Part shown: positions 54,641 through 61,056 of the stretch, piece after piece
How positions within the stretch are numbered: position 1 is the first letter of the stretch
Layout of the letters: each line of letters starts with the position of its first letter
Origin: Octopus bimaculoides
Lineage: Eukaryota
Direction: 5' to 3'
Assembly: GCF_001194135.2 (NCBI RefSeq)
Contig: NC_068983.1
Coordinates: forward strand, 148,334,641-148,395,696
Length of the DNA stretch: 61,056 bases
The notes under the pieces: model-generated
Databases searched by the model: none
What the model was told of the DNA's origin: nothing
What the model saw: only the letters and a program-made list of their open reading frames with translations
Made by a program: the position numbers and the translations under genes

Positions 54641-57462
54641 CAGACTCAGTAAGTAAACAAAGTTACTACGATCCACTAAAACCTCCAGCTCATAGATACT
54701 TTCAGCCTTCTCATTTTTCTCTTCTGATTATTTAAAAATGATCTTCCATCCTTCGAACTCGTTGCCTGCATATCCATACGAGTAAAGCGAGAACTCATGA
54801 GAAAGAAAATGAATTAAATATTACTTCAAAACTTGTTACAATTTTCGGTGTTAGAGAACAATATCAATTATGAGAGACAATAAACATCTTTTTTTATTAA
54901 TGAATCATCTAATGATATAAAACTTAATTGTTTGTTTTCAATTTAACCACTAAATAAAACTAGTTACTCTTTAGTTCTAAGTAGGGCAATTGTTCATCGA
55001 GAGGGCAATAGGCTAAATTCTTTGAATATTGAGAATTCGATACTTTGTATGCTGCCATTGGTATTACATCGTGTTTCTAGCAAAGCCGCTTATCAGTTCA
55101 CGTAAATCTAAATACGTCCCTAATTATGAGAACACAGGACTGTTCTGTAAAACTTGATAAATTTTGTTAGCTTGCTGAGTTGCATTAGTCTGGTCAGTGT
55201 AACTTGGAAATTGCTTTGGACTATGCTTAGCTAACCTACATGATGCACTCCGTAATGATATTTATGTCCGTCTAGTAACCCAAGTGTTAGCTACTACGTA
55301 ATATGTAAACAGCTATGTGTTGAGATCATAACTAAACTTTGCAAGTCTTACTATTCCATTAAAATTTTGTTTTAGAGACGTGGTGTGTAAGTACAGTTCT
55401 CATTAAGCAGAAGAAGACTGAGTTGTTTAGAAGTACTTTAGTAGCTGTTAAGTGTGAATACAAACCAGTTAGCCGGGCCAAAACTTTGTCATGAAGCTTC
55501 ATAACGCAGCCATATTTAACAATTTAAGCATTTGTATAACAACTCCGTCACAATGAACTCAGTCTAAAGTATTTTTTATCTATCTTAAAAAAAAAAAATT
55601 CGAAGTCTACCAAAGTACGAATTAATCTCATCGTATTTAGGTGTCGAACAAGCAGTGCAGAAAGTCTAGATAAGCTCACTACTTACTGCACAGATTCGTC
55701 TATAAGACAATAATTTTTTTTTTTCAAATCGTTTCAAACATTACAGTTTCGTCTAGACGTTAAAGAACGTCCATTAGTGACAAACATAACCTTCTATCAT
55801 ACCAATTTCTCTGTGAATTACGTGGTTATGGCGTGGTTAGTATGACAACTATTTTTATGAGTGAAAGCCATTGTTCAAAGAAGAATCGACAAGAGATATA
55901 TTAATCTTAGTTATTGAGAGGCCTTATGAAGAAATATTTTTTCGTATATCGCAAAAAGGTCACCTAACAAGGCCAAAGAAGATAGTCAATTTCAGGATTT
56001 TCAAAGGCATTTCGAAAACTTATTGAAAGTAAACAATAACATTGGAGCAGATGGGGCGCAAACTAAAGGAATTACCTTTAAAAGTTTAGAAAACTGACCG
56101 TCGTGACTACAGAGATTTTTGTCTTTGAAAAATTCTTTTGATCCATATCAAAGAGAAATATGATAAAGTACATCATTTTATCACAAACACTAATGGCTTT
56201 TTTTTTCCAAATTCTATAAAATGTTTAGTAATAAAATCTGGTGGCCTAAAACAGAAACAATGTCGATCATCGTGCTAGATGTTTTATGACTTATAATATC
56301 TACATAGTAATTCAATTCGGTTTTGGGGCTTCCGAGAGTTCGTATTCTGCGTGTGTTGTGTCTGTAACCAACAGAACTAATTCTCAAGTGATTCAGTCAA
56401 TTTATATAGCTGTACATATGTACCACATAAGAGAATATCTTAAAAAGAAAAAGTGGCAAAGTACAGGAAAATTGACGAAAGTTTCGACAACTTTCGGATT
56501 GTTTAAAGGTTGAATATTTTAAAGGCTACAAGATATATCCAGACCTGTTTAGCCTGTGGTTTGCGCAACTACCACACAATAAAACTTACGGTTCCAAATT
56601 CTAACCATCTGAGGATAGCAGGAGAAATGATGGGTACTGGTCTGCAAAAGGTTGATCTAAATACCTAAATGAAGTTAAGTTTTTTCGGGTTTCTGAATTC
56701 ACATTGCTCAAAATATGATAACACATTCCATATCATTGAAGTTAAAATAAAAGCCAGTTTACCTACTTTCTTAAAACCATAGATATATACAATATATGTA
56801 ATATATTAACTGTGATTACTACTCTCTCTAAAATCATATTCAAGAGTCATAAGTATTTCTGATGGCTAGAATTTTGTCTGATTTTGTAAAGGAATATGAA
56901 TAGAGCTACAGTGAACGATTTATCGATTCCAGCGATAAGCAAAATTAAAGCTGACCTCAACATATTTGAACTCAGAATGATAGACATTGAAGTTGATAGC
57001 ACAATACATCTAAATTGATCTACTGCATCCTCGCTTTCACTAATTTTATCGGTCACATATATATATTTGTTTTGACAAGAAAGTTGAATATTGCAAGGCA
57101 TTTTTCCAAAAAGGCGAACGTTTTAGTGCCAGAAATAGTTTTTCTTTGACTAAGCATTGGACAAATGTTTTCATCACCGGAGTCGTATACAACTTAACTG
57201 AGTTCACGATATAACCAATATTCATTTGTAACAATATTCGAGGGACGGGTTCCAAAGTGGACCATGACAGGGGTCATCAAACAGAGATACAGCATTATGA
57301 AATCAGATATTCTTTCTGTTTTTGCTGAAATCCCCAAAGCTTCTGTCGACTGCAAACAGATTTCAAGCCCGAATATTTATTGAGACAATGCTCAAAATTG
57401 TCTCCCATACTTGCTTTAAAACTGAAAACAATATTACTCATTGATTATTATTATTATTATTG

Positions 57463-57650
57463 CACGCCGGGCAAGATGCTTAGCAGCACTTCGTCCACCT
57501 GCACGTTCTGAATTCAAATTCCGCTGAGGTCGACTTTGCTTGTCATCCTTTCGGGGTCGAGAAAATAAATACCAGTTGAGCATTGAGGTCTATGTAATCG
57601 AAGTACAACCTTCCTCGAATTTGCTGGCCTTGTGCCAAGACTTGAAACCA
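57463..57650 (+). mobile_element. SINE family A copy following (ATT)n
   Basis: gcacgccgggcaagatgcttagc..gaattcaaattccgctgaggtcgactttgc..ggccttgtgccaag. Confidence 0.8.
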
Positions 57651-59210
57651 ATATTATTCGTTGATTGATATTGTGTTCTTCTTCATCATCCCATATTTAC
57701 TTTTAATTAGATTTGTAATGATCTATGTAAATCTAATTAGAAATGTGCTTTTTTTTTAATCCAATATAATAGTGTATTTTGTTACAAAATTTGCAGTAAA
57801 ACGGGTCTCATTAAATGCATGAATAAAAAAAAATTATACGTGCGTATTCTTTCATACACTCACGATATTGTTTCTACATAATCATATTGTTGTAATCGCT
57901 ATTTACTTGGCTTTATTTCTTTCTTAGAAACATAACATTTATGTTTAAATGAGAGTGTGAACCCTGAATATATTCGCACACGAAACTAAATCTATAATTC
58001 TGTAAATCTATATTTTTCAGCATGCTATTAAGTTTTATACATGTGAGAATTACTTTTCCAAAGACTGTTACGTAATATTTCACGCAAAGAACAGTTATTA
58101 AAAATTATCTTGTTTGTCTACGTAATCTTCTTTTTTAAACATTCTTCTTCTTATTATTATTGTTGTTGTTGCTGTTTTTGTTGTTATCATCATCATCGTC
58201 GTCGTCGTCTTTTTATCATATATTTAATTATTTATTTTACCTGTCAGCTATATGGTACAGATTTCCATATTTAGAGACCACTTCGATGAACATTATATAA
58301 ACTTCAGAAATGAGACGAATGTAGTCAATACGTTGTGAAAGACTTTATTAGAAGCAATATGTTGCTTGCATCCGGGTCAGTGAAAGTTAATAAAGTGGAT
58401 TAAAGAGCACACATCCTTTCATAAATAAATCATTAAAACCCTTTAGAAATACTAGGCTGTATTGATCCAATGTATAAATTTCAATATAACATTATATTGC
58501 AATTACTGTGTTTCTACAAAGAGCCTAGAGGAAGATATCAGTGGCAATATGCGTGCGGATTCCTCAGAGACATACACGGCTAAGCTATAGAGACAGAGAG
58601 GGAGGGCGAGAGAGACAGAGAGAGAGAGGGGGGATGAGAGGAGGAGTATAAAGAAGAGAGTTCGTAAAAAGATATATAGATAGCTACCTGGGTGAAAGAG
58701 AGATGAAATATGCATGTGTGTATGTGGAAGTATACATGTATGTTTGCATGTAAGTATCAGAGATGGAGAGATGAGAAAGAAAGTGAAGTGCATTTAGAGA
58801 AGATAGCAATAGAAACAGTGGTGGAGACAGGGATGGAAAAAGAGTTATAGTTGAAAAATAAGGGGGATGAGAGAGAGAGATCAATAGAATGAGAACGGGT
58901 GGAGAAGACCTGTTAAATAAACAGATATCGTATTATAGGAGACGTGTAGAAAGAGGAAAGAGAGGGGATGGAAAAGAGGGAAGTGTTAAAGACGAAATGA
59001 CAGAGTGATGGGTGATTGGAGAAATGTAGGAGAGAAAAAGGAAGACGCAGAACACAGAAGTATATCGAAAAAGAGTCAAGTTATAAATAGAGAGAAATTT
59101 ATAAATATACAAAGAACTGAAGGTGTAGCACACACACACAGACACACACACACACACAAGCACATACGCACGAGCGCACATACACACATACATTATTATT
59201 GTTGTTGTTA

Positions 59211-59263
<53 letters not shown>

Positions 59264-61024
59264 CCTTGATTCGAATGAATCCTACATATAATTGATTATA
59301 CATATAGTTACACATGNNNNNNNNNNNNNNNNNNNNNNNNNNNNNNNNNNNNNNNNNNNNNNNNNNNNNNNNNNNNNNNNNNNNNNNNNNNNNNNNNNNN
59401 NNNNNNNNNNNNNNNNNNNNNNNNNNNNNNNNNNNNNNTATATATATATATATATATATGAGGGTGTTGAGGGAGCTTGATGGGTTTAAGGGAAATTGGT
59501 CTATGAGAGAAAGAGGTAGAAAAGAGGACAGAAAGAGAATGATGACAGCATTCATATATGGACACGGATGAGACATATATGGGACAGCATTCATATATGG
59601 GCAGGTTTAGTAGATCTATCATTAAAAGCATTCCTGCAATGACCTCCCAATCTTGTGTTCACGAATATATTTTAGAATTGCCGTATTCAGAGTGTCTTCA
59701 ATATTTTTTCTTTGTATTTATTTATTTTTTTCCTTTTTATGTGATTAGGATACGATGTAATTCGAAGAAAATTTTGCTTACTAATTCTACTAATACTAGC
59801 TAGACAGGTGACAACATTGACGCACCCTCGTTGGCTGTGATGAGTTAGGCTGATTCATACGGTTTACATATTCGGGGTAGAGTGACCATGGAAGTATTAT
59901 TGTGTCTGAATGTGCTTGAATGCATTGATATATGCTTGGACATTTGTTGTAGAGTGTATAGTTGTATATTTGGCCATCGTTATGCATGCAAATGTGTGCG
60001 GCTAATCTCACATATGTGCCTGCCAGTATGTGCAAGTGTAGACAGAACTGACAATATGTGTGTGAAAGAGTCAGACTTACACGTGTATATACGTGTGCGT
60101 GTGTTGTTGTATACACACACACACATATAACAAAAGTGAATAATAGTGTATGAAATAACCATTGGAGATGAATTTTTGATTTATTAAAATTATCTCTCGT
60201 TCCCTAGAAGGTAGAATGATCACTTAGTTGCTTTTTCTATTTTCCATATGAGAATAGAAAATAAGCTCAAGTGTTAAGGATTCTCCAAAATTGACATTTC
60301 TTAGTCCGAATACAACAGGACAGGTGTTTACATATGTTTCTGTCCGAAATGTGTTACTACCACAGCAACTGCTCCACCTTGTGTCTAAAAGAACACCATA
60401 CCCATATATTACAATATAAGACGAATTTTTTTTAATTCTAGAGAAGGTAGAAAAATCTCTTGGTGGTATGTATAATGCGAAAAATAGAAAGAATGATAGA
60501 TGAACATGATTAAGAGGGAAAAATTTTTTAAAGTGGTGGATGCGTTAAAAGAAAAACAGAAACAAACGGAACGAAAGATAATGCGAGAGAATCAGAAAGA
60601 GAGAAACGTTATAGAGACAGGTAGAAGTAATAAGGGTGTAGTGATGACGAGAAACAGATGTGATGAATGCAGATGTGCATGAAAATGATAACCAATGCCG
60701 TTGAGCAAGTGGAAGAAGATGGAGACGACGAAGATGGAGACGAGGAAGATTGAGAATGGAAGTGACATTGAGAAAAGTTGAATGAATCAAACAACTCAGA
60801 AATAGAGGTCATTAATGACTAAGATAAATTGGAGGTGGATAAGCAGAAGAGAAACATCGGAGAGAGAGAGAGAGGTGGGAGGGAATTAACAGCCAAATGG
60901 TGAGAGGAAAAACCGAGAGCCCCAGTTATCAAGAAACAGTGAAAAGAGAAAGAGAGAATAAAGACCGGAAGTTAAAGTACATACGATATATAAAATATAT
61001 ACATGTGCATAACATGTGAGTGTG

Positions 61025-61056
<32 letters not shown>

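Noticed and set aside
56587-56638. Minus-strand exon-like segment (ttttgcAG|52 nt|GTAAGT)
   Set aside because: The open frames show no aquaporin similarity, so it is likely chance or repeat-derived.
56847-57400. Protein-like minus-strand ORFs
   Set aside because: Partly a decayed SINE A, and the remainder has no recognisable motif.

Overview
AT-rich, repeat-dense metazoan genomic DNA. The SINE families and compound-microsatellite style point to a cephalopod, most likely Octopus (inference). It is a draft assembly with about 19 N-gaps (about 4.2 kb), mostly abutting (TA)n, (CA)n or (ATT)n. Only one host-gene segment is convincing: an 81-nt, phase 0-0 exon on the minus strand (31975-32055) encoding YRYTSSSLNPARSLGPAFVTNRWNSHW, the second NPA box of an aquaporin, most similar to Big brain (BIB). 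I found no other exon of the gene, so the window is probably two very large introns. The introns hold three tRNA-derived SINE families (about 25 copies), two R4/Dong-clade LINE remnants, two Tx1/L1-clade remnants (one inserted in (GATA)n), L2/CR1 and probable RTE remnants, two Tc1 remnants and an internally deleted Chapaev3-like element with intact ends and TAA duplications. They also hold a ~300-bp inverted repeat pair 41 kb apart and a template-switch-like rearrangement. Nearly all ORFs in the supplied track are microsatellite or gap artefacts. I found no demonstrably new system. The best leads are a possibly editable Ser codon at a normally Gly position of the aquaporin and SINEs that appear to swap 3' modules, one matching a local Tx1 LINE.
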